From an uncultured Nitrososphaerales archaeon (GTDB taxonomy: Archaea; Thermoproteota; Nitrososphaeria; Nitrososphaerales; Nitrososphaeraceae), in assembly GCA_963709405.1 (NCBI GenBank), contig CAVPXM010000040.1, forward strand, positions 1 through 43,004: a stretch of DNA of 43,004 nucleotides, read 5' to 3'. The notes beneath the pieces were generated by a model, which was not told the origin of the DNA, did not search any database, and saw only the letters and a program-made list of their open reading frames with translations. The position numbers were made by a program, and so were the translations under genes. Within the stretch, counting starts at the first letter, position 1. The number at the start of each line of letters is the position of its first letter. Positions 32,256 to 43,004 of this stretch are shown here, in pieces.

Positions 32256-32676
32256 CAATAAGTGTAGTATGGGCTAGACGATAGAGATTGCTGTTCATAG
32301 TGAATAAAAAGGTATTTTTATTGTAGTTATAGCAATAGCTGCCAATCATGATACCAGTTAGTATATACACGTCCGACCTCATCCGGACTAACCAATTACT
32401 AGTAACAATACAACATAGTTGCATACAAATAGCAAACGCCCAAAATTCTTCGCGATCCCCTTCAGTTTCAGGCATGGAACAGTCAATGGCAGTAACAGGC
32501 AAGTGAATTGTCGGTCATGGGAGTGCCCTGGGAAATCCACACATTGATTCTGCATTATGATCGAAAAAGAGTATTCGCCGGCTCGAATCGTGTGATCTGT
32601 ATGATCAATATTGAAAGCAATATTGTGGTCAGAGACAGGAGTTGAGCTTTTTTCTGTTCAGATTGATCTCTACGAA

Positions 32677-32763
32677 CCGGTAACGGCCATCAAGTCCATT
32701 CCTAACGACTCCAAAATTGTGTCAGGATCTTTTGGTCATACTATTAAAAATTGGGATCTGTGA
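32677..32763 (+). pseudogene. Terminal WD40 repeat remnant
   Basis: PVTAIKSIPNDSKIVSGSFGHTIKNWDL*. Confidence 0.6.
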
Positions 32764-32962
32764 TTTTACTCTCCTCATACAGGTTTTGCCAGGCTTTTAT
32801 TAACTAGGTTAATGTCTTTAATAGTTCTATGATTGAGTTATCTGAAGTTGCAAGAATTATTAGTTAGATAAGATTCTAACTAAAATGAATGCGGAAGGAA
32901 TTGACTTAATACTACTTTTTGTGAAGATAGATCATACCTTATAGCTCCTGATACAAGACAAT

Positions 32963-34013
32963 AGATCTCTTGCGTAATTAGCAGTTATGATCTATTAATG
33001 CTGCCTATTTTGACTGTATTCTTAGATTGAAATCCTGTTAGACTGCATCACTCTGAAGTTCAGTATACCGGATGCAATATCAGATATGTTATTGTACCTT
33101 CTTAGTTTGTTTCTGAACTTAGTACCCATTATTCCAAACTTCTTGATCTTGCATATGGTGTGCTCTACTATGATCCTGAGTCTTGAGTGATTCTTGTTGT
33201 ATCTCATATCGTCATTTGAAAGCAAGGTATTCTTTTTCTTTCTAATGGGAAGTACAGACTTTACTGTGGGAAAGTCCTTTTCGATACCAAGATAACCAAG
33301 ATCAACTATGTTGTCAACTTGTGATGGAGTTAATAGGATGATTGTGTTTGTAAATGTCATAATCATGTTTTCTTCCATTACTGTGACCTGTCTTATGCAG
33401 GATCAAACCTTCAGTATTAACCATCAATTGTGTCTTGACAGTATGTTTCCTCTTTCTACCTGAATAGTAACTCTTTCTCTTTCTCTTGTTCTTAGGTCTT
33501 GGAATTTCCTGTTCTGTAGAGTCTATGAAAGCCTTGAATCCAGGGAAGTACTGTTCAACTTCATCTATAGTTCTTAATCTCTTAGTACGTTTGTATATCT
33601 TCTTTGGCAATGGAATACACTCCTTTAGCAAAGATTCTAGGATACTCAAATCTCTAAATACATTGCTCTGGTCAAGATCAAATAGAAATCCCGATAATGC
33701 ATATGTAATGTACAATCGATAATAAATAAACCAAAAGCATTAGAAGTCTTTCTCTTGGTTTCAGTTTAAACGGTCTACCGGCACCAACATCTCTTTTCCT
33801 CTTCCTTTTAGAAAGACGTCTTCTTTCATATTCCTCATATTTCGATCCTATCTCACTGCTTATTTGATCAAATTCTGGTACAGTTAGTCCAGTAAGTGAC
33901 CTGAATAACAAAGGCTTTTTGCATAATCTTCTATATGACATCAAAGAGATATCAGATAAATATCATATATGACGTCGAATATAGCTGTAAGCTTCTAATT
34001 ACGCAAGAGATCT
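32963..34013 (-). mobile_element. IS5-family (ISL2-like) element with intact ends and frameshifted transposase
   Basis: Perfect 19-bp terminal inverted repeats AGATCTCTTGCGTAATTAG / CTAATTACGCAAGAGATCT, with AAT on both sides (32960-62 and 34014-16). Transposase fragments FRSLTGLT, IDSTEQ, YYSGRKRKHTVK, DLGYLG, RIIVEHTI at 33022-33944. Confidence 0.93.
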
Positions 34014-34171
34014 AATCTATATATTAAGCTGGAAGTGATGCCTTAAGATAAGCTAAAGGAATTATTGCAGCATAGATACTATTAATAGCTTCGTTTACAC
34101 CATTATTGTCATCTTAGAGCTGATCTGAATAAGTTCAAGCGTGTAAGTGTACTGGTTTTCTGTTTACGTTA

Positions 34172-34549
34172 TTATGTTAGATCTTTATTATTATCGTCCC
34201 TAACAAATATTCTCTCTTGAAAGTTCTCCTTTAGTATCACATCTAAGTCTTCATCTGTCGTATCTGTAAACTTAGATCCATAAAGTCCATACAGAAATTC
34301 AAACGCTTGTTCTTCAGTACATGGTAATATCTTACTCTCTTCATCATCATGCTTAGACCAATAGAGAAGGAAAAAGTTCCGCCCATTGTTTCCTTTAAAC
34401 AGAGTGACTCCTCTTATCGATGCATAATAAGGAAAATTATCGCCTTTGCGTGCCAATTTAATTGCATTTATTGTATTGAATAAATCAACAGTATCGTTTA
34501 TCCTTGATGTTGATTTCATTTGCACACCTAACGGCAAATAAATTCTCAA
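34172..34549 (-). CDS. Hypothetical protein
   Basis: 125-aa ORF with protein-like composition. Confidence 0.55.
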   Translation of the reverse strand: MRIYLPLGVQMKSTSRINDTVDLFNTINAIKLARKGDNFPYYASIRGVTLFKGNNGRNFFLLYWSKHDDEESKILPCTEEQAFEFLYGLYGSKFTDTTDEDLDVILKENFQERIFVRDDNNKDLT

Positions 34550-35306
34550 CTATTAGATATAATAGTGTATTTTTATTTAGTTGTTAATTAACTCTAAAGA
34601 CGAATCAACAGCATATCACTAATTCCTACTGAATTCATGGTAACTCCACTCTAACGTTTTCAGCTATGAGCCTTTTTACTATGTTTCTTTAATCTATCCT
34701 TGTCTTCAAACTCCATATCGCAATGTTTGCATTTATATGCCTTAGTCTCTCCTTTTTCTTTTTTTCTGAACAAATCCGGCCTGCTGAACATAATTAATAA
34801 ATACTTTACTTCTTTAAAAGATTTATGGAAAATTTTATTTTCATAAAATAGTTATACTACATATATGTAATTCAGATAATTTTCTTATCTAATATTCATA
34901 TTTCTTGCATATTATACATCGAAATTAAATTGTCAACGTGATTAGCTTGTTAAAAAAAGGATCCTAATACTGTCCATATCCAAGTATATGAGACTTTACG
35001 ATAGAAGCAATCTGATTGAGCAATTCCATTTGCATCCTGAAGCTACTTTTTCAGTAAATCTGACAATGTCTGATTTTAGACTAATCTTGTATTTCTAATA
35101 CTATGTGCAGCATATCATAATCATTTTCTAAAATGAGACATCCTGTGTATAGACTAAGGGTTCACATACATAGAATTGTTCAGATCGTTTCTTAGATGGA
35201 TCTTGTCACTAGAGTGCATAAAAGTACCGTCATTAAAACCTTAATTATAGGTTCAATATGATTAATGGCATCATAAATCGGATAGAACAAAAGGCATACG
35301 CTGTCT

Positions 35307-35745
35307 TTGAGATTATTATTAATATGTATACTTGTGTTATCTTGCTTGGTTGCTATTATATTTAAAGAACAACAGACTGCACTAGCTCAACCATTTATCC
35401 AGACGATAAAATATAGAAATCTAGTAATAGACTTAGGGAATGGAGTAAAGACTAAAGCCCAGCTGACATTTCCTGCTATTGGAAAAGGACCTTTCCCTGC
35501 TGTATTACTTGTTCATAGTTCGGGGACACAGGACATGAATGAGACTTTAGCAAAGAATGCTAACCATTTTGGCAAATAGCCCAATATCTGGCAAAAAGGG
35601 GATTCGTTGTTCTCAGATACGATAAGAGAGGTATAGATGCAGATGGTATTATTTTGAACACAAATGTATGGGGAAATGCAACAGTTAATGATCTAATTCA
35701 GGACAGTAAGAAAGCTTTGGATGTTCTCATACAACAACCCATTCG
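35307..35745 (+). pseudogene. Secreted alpha/beta hydrolase, N-terminal fragment
   Basis: Signal peptide, GPFPAVLLVHSSG, a frameshift, then QIAQYLAKRGFVVLRYDKRG; truncated before the nucleophile. Confidence 0.75.
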
Positions 35746-36230
35746 TTGATAACTTATCCCAATCTGCGACATGCATTCTATCCATCGTCTCAGTGGTTTA
35801 CCAGCGTTGGACCAGTTCCGCAGTATCTTTTAGCAGATCGTTATGCATGGCTCGAAGCTCATTCTGGACTCACATTCCTATGTTAATACTACTGCTGCCA
35901 TCCAATATAGGAGCAAATACGAGTTCATTGAATACAAGTACGACTTCTCCTTCAAGTTCTTCTAGATGATATTAAAGAAATTCATGCTCAAATCTCTATT
36001 GATATTAACTGGAAACCTGACAAGAATATTGAGGGGCGCATCTTAATTTCCCCAGTACTTAGCCTTTCAGCTATACATATAACGTAAGACTACCACACTA
36101 TAGAAATAAAATCTCATCAATCTTGTAAAAGAGGCTGAAAATACTGCTTTGATTCTTATTGCTTTTAGAGATGTTGATTTGGTCTATCAATCCATTTATA
36201 CTTGCATAAGTATAGATTGTAAATAACACC

Positions 36231-36668
36231 ATGAAATGGATAACAAGAGAACATGCAAAAGTTGACAGAATCGCATGTCCTTGGTTGATTAAAAATTTTG
36301 TTGATATTAATGCCCAATTCATTTTTGCTCCTGCACACAAAGTAATTCAAATAGCTAAAGAACAAGAAGTAATACCATTCGATATGCCCGATGTGGAGTT
36401 AGAGCACCATGGAGAAGAGTGTTCTTTTGACGCCATTATCAAAAAATATGGATTGAATAATAAGTATCCTGCAATTCTTCAATTAGCAAAAATTGTAAGG
36501 GGAGCAGATACACCTATTAGGAGTTTAACTCCTTATTCTGAAGGCCTAGCTGCATTGGCAAGTGGTTTCAGTATCATTTCGAAAGATGGTTATGATAATA
36601 TGGCAAAACAATTCTATGTATATGATGCACTTTATGCATTTTGTAAATCAAATAACAAAGAAAAATAG
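36231..36668 (+). CDS. Chromate-resistance ChrB C-terminal-domain protein
   Basis: MKWITRE..DRIACPWLIKNFVD, CSFDAII, IVRGAD, YDALY. Confidence 0.88.
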   Translation: MKWITREHAKVDRIACPWLIKNFVDINAQFIFAPAHKVIQIAKEQEVIPFDMPDVELEHHGEECSFDAIIKKYGLNNKYPAILQLAKIVRGADTPIRSLTPYSEGLAALASGFSIISKDGYDNMAKQFYVYDALYAFCKSNNKEK

Positions 36669-37243
36669 TTGACTTCTAGACATTAGTATTCATGAAAATG
36701 GTGTGTTGAATATAATACTATTACTAATCTACTGATGCAGGTGTCTGATGGCCTTCCTGACCGTGATTCATTCTCTCATATGAATTTGATGTTTCTACAT
36801 TTATCGAAAATTCTAACACATAAATTACAGCGATATTCTTTGGCAGAACGTTTGAATATTCGCAATCTGCACACCTAATCTGCATGAACGACATTGAACA
36901 ATACAGATACCTCTAAACGTGTTTTTGAAAGACATCCCATCTATATCAGGCGGTTATTTTACTATTTATATATTACCAAAATAATCTTTATGATTGATTG
37001 ATTGATTTCGTTTCTGTAATATCTGCAAAACCTACAACAGACGATATTTCTAACTAAAGAAATAGAGGACCCGTATAGAAAGATGATAATAAAGTATTAG
37101 TTCATTAGCTCAGCAAAAGCAAAGGCCTGACAGAATATATTTTCATTTTATCATCATCTTGTTGTGAGCAATATATTTATCAGAATTTTATTCAGATTTA
37201 AAGACTGCTAGATCCTCACCTGAACGAGATAGAATATGTATAA

Positions 37244-37408
37244 TCATTTTGAATCTGTACCTATAATACCGTACATTTGTAGCAAGAATTTTACAAAAGC
37301 ACCCACATCGGTATTAACATCTAGATCTCCATCCTTAACATACTGATCTCTCGTATCTGTCAGTTCCTTAAACTGCTCATCTGTTACCTCAAATTCAACA
37401 TTAGTCAA
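37244..37408 (-). CDS. 54-aa hypothetical protein, possibly RHH-like; not in the ORF track
   Basis: TTG start; MTNVEFEVTDEQFKELTDTRDQYVKDGDLDVNTDVGAFVKFLLQMY. Confidence 0.4.
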   Translation of the reverse strand: MTNVEFEVTDEQFKELTDTRDQYVKDGDLDVNTDVGAFVKFLLQMYGIIGTDSK

Positions 37409-37893
37409 TCGAATAGTTCCCTTTGTTAATTTCGCTAGTTATATGTTTTGTTACAACAATTAATTAACCTTAATACTCATCAAGTTATTGCATGATGCAT
37501 ACGATGGTTTAGCGGACTCTACTGACTAATCTGGAGGAGTCAATCATACCAGTAATACCAACCTTAATGTTCTGTCTACTGATAGTGAAAAGAGAGTCCA
37601 TATTGACAAATAATAGATTTGCTCAGACCATCAATTCAACGGTGATCTTTTGGGTTGAAAAACCATTACATACTCCGATAGAGGATCACAGGAAGTTTGC
37701 AGTGTAGCGTATCTTCTGATACATTGTAGAATTGGCTTTGTAGATGCACTCAGCTAAGTGATTCATACAATAGAATAATTAAGCAGGTAATGGGGTCAAA
37801 GTAAGATATTTTTTAATAGGTCTGGTAAGGAGGATAATCATATTTCTATAACATAATATCATTCAATTAAAGTTTTTTTTATGTATTACATTC

Positions 37894-38412
37894 TTACTTC
37901 AATAACCATATAGGATCTGTTTTTTTCATGACTGACAGCCAATCCATATCTGGCGGTTGGATATCCATTTGCCAAAGAATTGCTATTATTTCTCCCCTAT
38001 GATGCAATTCTTCAGTTATAACATGAGTTAGCACGTCTTTAACTTTTGTACTTCTTCTTATTCCATCATTATTAAGTCTTGAAACTGGTTTGCAAAGATC
38101 ATCTGGCTTAAGCAAAGACAAATAGTTGTTGACTTTTAAAGTAGAATTAAAGTTATAGTCATCAATCGCACTCCATGACTTGTGATTAGAATAAGGAAAT
38201 GGTCTATTAGGATCTTCCTGACCATGAATAGAATAATTAATCCACGAGTCTTCAACCCATATTATATGCAGTAAAGTATCTTTCAATGATAACCATCCAG
38301 TTTCGTGATTTTTGACCATGTCTTCCCATGATAATTTTTTAAATGCATCGACATAATTTTGTCTTACCATATGATTATAGGTAAAAAGTTCTTTGAAGTC
38401 AGATGTTTCCAT
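37894..38412 (-). CDS. DinB/YfiT family protein
   Basis: LFTYNHM, TLLHIIWVEDSW, HVITEELHHRGE. The likely start is METSDF (38412). Confidence 0.88.
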   Translation of the reverse strand: METSDFKELFTYNHMVRQNYVDAFKKLSWEDMVKNHETGWLSLKDTLLHIIWVEDSWINYSIHGQEDPNRPFPYSNHKSWSAIDDYNFNSTLKVNNYLSLLKPDDLCKPVSRLNNDGIRRSTKVKDVLTHVITEELHHRGEIIAILWQMDIQPPDMDWLSVMKKTDPIWLLK

Positions 38413-38489
38413 TGTAGTATTCTTAATCGTATTACAAGCACAGACTAAAATAGATTCTCTCTTCTTTCTTTTTCGAATCTTACATAGAA

Positions 38490-38870
38490 AAAATGTATCT
38501 ATCCATATAATCAAAAATGACTATCTTTATAAACTGTTCACCAACTAGCATACTTCTCTCTATAGAGAGGCAACTACCTAGATTCCTTATTTCTTGGCTC
38601 AATCGCAAGTAATAATCACACATAGTCACTAATTGCTTTAATCAATGTCTCATCAATTATGCACTCAGATATTGTCCTTCTAGTCTGAAATTTCCTCTTT
38701 GGCTTGTATCCTCAAATCCAACTCCAAAAAGACATGATTTCTTTTGATATGTACAGCAGATAATCTTTCAGACGTTTTCCTGATTGATAGCCATGAAAAG
38801 CATATCTGCAGTGCGTAATAAACATACTTTGAATCGGTCATACTCCTTAGGATATAACCATTGCCTGGAT
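38490..38870 (-). mobile_element. IS6-family transposase relic
   Basis: YYALQM..IRKTSERL, YKPKRKFQTRRTISECIIDETLIK, LAIEPRNKE, SIERSMLVGEQFIK; many shifts. Confidence 0.6.
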
Positions 38871-39921
38871 ATAGGATGTATTTAGCTATAGGTCTATCAA
38901 TTATCCGAACAGTGACAGTATGATAACGTCCATCTTCTTATAAATATACGTCCAACTAATAGGCAACTTCAATTCTTTATTCATACTATATCCTATATTA
39001 TTTAGTCCGATATTAATTAGTTTTCATTGAAAGCTATAAAGGCTCGTCACATATTATCAAAGAGTATTCATCAATTAATATTTCATCTTAACTGTATTCC
39101 CTCGTGTTTGTTAGGCTCTTTACGGCAAACCATCCCTTAGAGGATTTATTGATTCATTAATACGTAACACCATGGCATAAAATCAATAATCAAAGGCTTG
39201 GTCATAGTCGATACCTGAACAACTTCTGGGAAACATTCGTTCTTGTTAGAGATATCCATTGTTCTGAGTACAGTGTTCCTCTGGAAAGCGCTACACCTAT
39301 GCGCAAGGGCGTTTGAAATCACTTTCCTGGCCTGTTTTATCATTAGGAATTATTTGTATTTCGAAAGATTAAAGCTCGACTCAGTCTCGTCTTTAACAAA
39401 TCATAGGCATAGGATACTAAACAGCTCTGTTAATGATACGAATAGCTAGATTTTTGTAACATGAGCTTAAGTTTTAAACTTCCTTGAAGTCGCATCCGAA
39501 AATTCCAGGTTCAGAGAGAACTTCCAAGAAATAGAAATAGATGAAGCTTGGATATTCATAATTTTGATGGTACAGTACATTAGAATTTAGTCCTCTTGCT
39601 GCGGTTTCTTTTATCTTTATCTTCAATAGTTTGGTGGACCGCGGGCTATATCCTCCACTAGCAAATCGCGTGTGTTGAACTTATTGTTGGTTAGTTGCTA
39701 TAAAAAGCAACAGTAAGCTGATTTGATATTAAATCATAATCTATTTAGACTAAAGTTAGTATACAAACGAAGATAATGATGTACAATCCATGTCTAAACG
39801 TTTGATACATACGTTGATAGGTTTAGCTGCTACCTATCTGGGATTAGAGGCAGAATGGCACTTTACCGGGTACTACGATTGTGACTATAGATACTTATGA
39901 TATAAGCAGGTTATCAAGGCA

Positions 39922-40334
39922 ATGTTTGGAGACAATAATGATATGAGTATGAACAGAATTCTGATCCTTGATGATGATATGAAAACCGGTAATGGATACG
40001 ATACGTATCTAACACTAAAGACGGTTCTTGAAAATAACGGATTCAAAGTTGATTCTTACAACGATCCAATTAAGGCGTTACAGAAACTTGCTGATGGATT
40101 ATATGATTTGCTATTAGTAGACATAAAAATGTCTTGAACGATTTTGATCTGTATCGGAAGATAATTAAAATGAATAATCGCCTTAAGGTGTATCTTCTCA
40201 GTTCTGGCATAATACATAATGAATTGATTAGAAACGAACTATCTCATGAAGAAGAGAGGAAATATTGTAGCATTCTGAGAAAACCAATTGAAAACGAAGA
40301 TTTGATAGGATTGCTGAATACTATAGTGAATTAA
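39922..40334 (+). pseudogene. Stand-alone response regulator split by a frameshift
   Basis: ILILDDD and LLLVDIKM in one frame; NDFDLY..LRKPI in the next. Confidence 0.8.
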
Positions 40335-41394
40335 CTTTTTGACGAAACTCAAATGCGTAGCATAGGTAACGGAATAAATGTGTTCATGTTGGTAATAATA
40401 ATATCTACCCATCTCAGTTAAGATGAAGACTGAGACTGAGCCTCAGGAAAGTTCCTATTACATACCTTTTCTAATGTTAACACTATATGGCCTTGACAGA
40501 GCGAGGAGATATGTACAAATAGCCTCTGATCTTCATTAACACAGACATTTTATGCTGACACCTTGTCAAACAAGGCATAGCACTATAATACCAATGTCGG
40601 CCTTATTTGTCATTTTTATCATAATGGGTATTCCATTGGATGATGGTCGACATGCATATCACCAATCTTTCAAACCCCTCTTCACTACTGTTGAACAAGT
40701 ATGGAATCTATGCGGGGAGTTGACCTAGTAGATACTCATACTTCACCTTCAACTATAAAGGCTCACAGCATATTTGAAATAATTTCAGCTGTGGTTAATA
40801 ATTCACCAAGTATAATTACGTTTAGTGCTGGAGTGTGCGACTCGCCTTTGTCTGCACAATTATCAAAAATGTAGTAAAACATAGACAGAGATATCTTACA
40901 TCATCTCCCTCATTCAAATTGAAACCAGGAGAACACGTTTCAATAGCTGGTCCAAGTTCCAGAACAATATATCAAGCATTTACAGCTCGACAAAAATAGC
41001 AAGTGTGACTCTTCATTACAGAACAGAGAATTGCCCGGCTGCTCAACGTCACAAAACCATTGGTATTCACAATGAGTTCTTAGCCCTAAAATGATCCTAA
41101 TCCTTCCAAGATATTACCCCACCTTACTGCTATTTGTTAAAGCATGCAACAAGGCTAGAGAACATGCGGGAAAGGTCTCACTCATGATGATTGTACCAAT
41201 ATCAGTTACATCCAATACACATACGAGATAGAATCAGCGAGATGCAACTCGTGTAAGTAACATAAATTAATGAAAAATGTAATTTATCTGTTAATCTAAC
41301 AATTAGCAAAACATGTTTTATAGAGATTATGATGCTTCGAATTCTTGTTGAAAAACTACCTCGAATCGTAGGTAATGAATTATGAAATGAATGA

Positions 41395-41823
41395 ATGAGT
41401 TTAGACCATCCACATTCATATTCAATATTTACCGCAATACAAATAAGGCATAATGAAACTACTTACCATACTTTGAATACTGTATTAATAATAACAATAT
41501 CGATATTAGCATCTAGTGTCTTTTCATATTTGCAACAACAAAGTGCATATTCTGATTCTTTTATAGAAAATCTTGCCAATTCTTTTTTCAACCACAATAA
41601 TAGCGTTAGTACTATGAATAATAACAATAATAATGCTAATTTGAGTAAATTTGCCACTAATGATGTTACTAATTCGTCAAATGTATCCTCATTATTATCG
41701 CCGCCTCAGTCTCAACAATTATCAATGGAACAGATTTGTCTTAATTCATCGACCGTGACAGACGAATTTGCCAAGCAACAATGTGATGCTACCATGTACA
41801 ATAAATTCCTGAAATCAAAATAA
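41395..41823 (+). CDS. Putative secreted Asn/Ser-rich protein
   Basis: Hydrophobic signal-like segment ending SAYS and a low-complexity tail; the start is uncertain. Confidence 0.5.
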   Translation: MSLDHPHSYSIFTAIQIRHNETTYHTLNTVLIITISILASSVFSYLQQQSAYSDSFIENLANSFFNHNNSVSTMNNNNNNANLSKFATNDVTNSSNVSSLLSPPQSQQLSMEQICLNSSTVTDEFAKQQCDATMYNKFLKSK

Positions 41824-42653
41824 TAATTTGAGGTTTTATGAACAGAGCTTTTCATTATTGGTGTACTTTTTCTAGTTATGGAATATCTTTGCAGAAGACT
41901 TGGACGTAATTAAAAAGATCAGATCGACTTTTTGACCATCTATAAAAGATACCTGTCTAAACTGCGATTATCCTTCAGGCTATTCCTACTTTCCTGCCTT
42001 TTTACATTTATACCACCTTTTCTGTCTATCTCTGTTGCTCGTTTTATCATGTTTAAAGTGCTGGAATCATGAGTATGCGATAGATATAAGACTATTGTTC
42101 ATTTTCATTGTGATATGGTACGTGCTAGTGAAAAAGAACACATTTCGAACTTTACAATAATGGTATTAATGCTTATGATGTGCTTGAAGGAAAGATGCAA
42201 TTATCTCACAGGAACACTGGGTAGTGCTCGCCACTTCCTGAGACTTGAATTATGTCCACAATTCTGCCGCATATAGTCAACAGCGAACTTGAAGCTTTAG
42301 GCGTACAGATAGGCAAAAAAACAGTCATCGGTGTTAGGATAATCTCTTAATTCTCGTGTATCTTGATCGATTTTATGGCACCGTGAAACAGTAGAAAATA
42401 CCCGATCGATATTCTACTCGCCACCAACAGAGGTGTTGGGAAATTTGCTTCTGATTGAAGGCAATTACACAAGCAAATTTGACAACTGATGCGACGTCAA
42501 TGTGAACCGGCCCGCCGGTTCACGATACCGAAAAGGTACTTCCTCAGCAATTATCATCTGTCATGCAAGACACGCAAATGAATATGATCCTTCCTAGTCC
42601 AATCGACACAGCGTGCTTAAGTCGTCGGGACCGATCTGAACGAGTCGGGGCCC

Positions 42654-42767
42654 TTACCGCAACCCGTCTGAGCTAGTCGAGGTGTGACGGCACCAGGTCC
42701 AGTTTTGACAGCATAACGTTACCGCAACCCGTCTGAGCTAGTCGAGGTGTGACGGCACCAGGTCCAG
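42654..42767 (+). repeat. 49-bp GC-rich direct repeat
   Basis: TTACCGCAACCCGTCTGAGCTAGTCGAGGTGTGACGGCACCAGGTCCAG at 42654-42702 and 42719-42767, with a 16-bp spacer. Confidence 0.93.
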
Positions 42768-43004
42768 CTTCAGTATCACAGGAGTTTCAATTAAGCTCCC
42801 AAACTACGTTTAATACCATCTAATTCGCAGACAATGGGCATTAATATAATGCGATGTATACTAAACATGCTGTATATCTAAACCTAATTACTTGGCGTCT
42901 GAAACTGGAACAGGTCCGTCGATTATTAATACGATCTCTATTCACAATTTAAGAAGAAGTATTATGAAAGGAACTGTGTGATTCTTGATGGGGGGAATGA
43001 ATAC

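Noticed and set aside
35740-35990. Protein-like minus-strand frame with stops after the hydrolase fragment
   Set aside because: No family could be recognised.
39632-39645. TGGTGGACCGCGGG resembles the reverse complement of a tRNA 3' end (att remnant)
   Set aside because: No T-loop sequence, integrase or partner site in the window.
42654-42767. 49-bp repeat pair as a second CRISPR array
   Set aside because: Only two units, a 16-bp spacer and no similarity to the real repeat.
42784-42804. GTTTCAAT (reverse complement of ATTGAAAC) as a solitary CRISPR repeat
   Set aside because: Only 8 nt are shared with the array repeat.
1-43004. cas genes, rRNA or tRNA genes
   Set aside because: No recognisable Cas1-10, RAMP or structural RNA motifs were seen; highly divergent ones cannot be excluded without profile searches.

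Overview
AT-rich archaeal window. EF-2 with an HRG diphthamide motif, an F420-dependent LLM oxidoreductase, a soluble histidine kinase/REC pair and many small Zn-finger proteins point to a soil Nitrososphaeraceae-like (thaumarchaeal) genome; this assignment is an inference. It is an accessory region with low coding density and many decayed genes: one core gene (EF-2), scattered metabolic and regulatory genes, numerous frameshifted or truncated ORFs, and three IS relics (two IS5-family, one IS6-like). The best signal is an orphan CRISPR mini-array (30-bp repeat ending ATTGAAAC, 3 spacers, no cas genes in 43 kb). An IS5 element interrupts its last repeat, and a second copy of the same IS-end motif sits just before its first repeat. 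Other leads are a LIM-like double zinc-finger microprotein, iteron-like 9-mers upstream of an HTH/coiled-coil gene, a (GATTT)14 microsatellite inside a cryptic ORF, and a GC-rich, hairpin-dense non-coding block with a 49-bp duplication. All protein-family calls are from motif recognition by eye; no searches were run.
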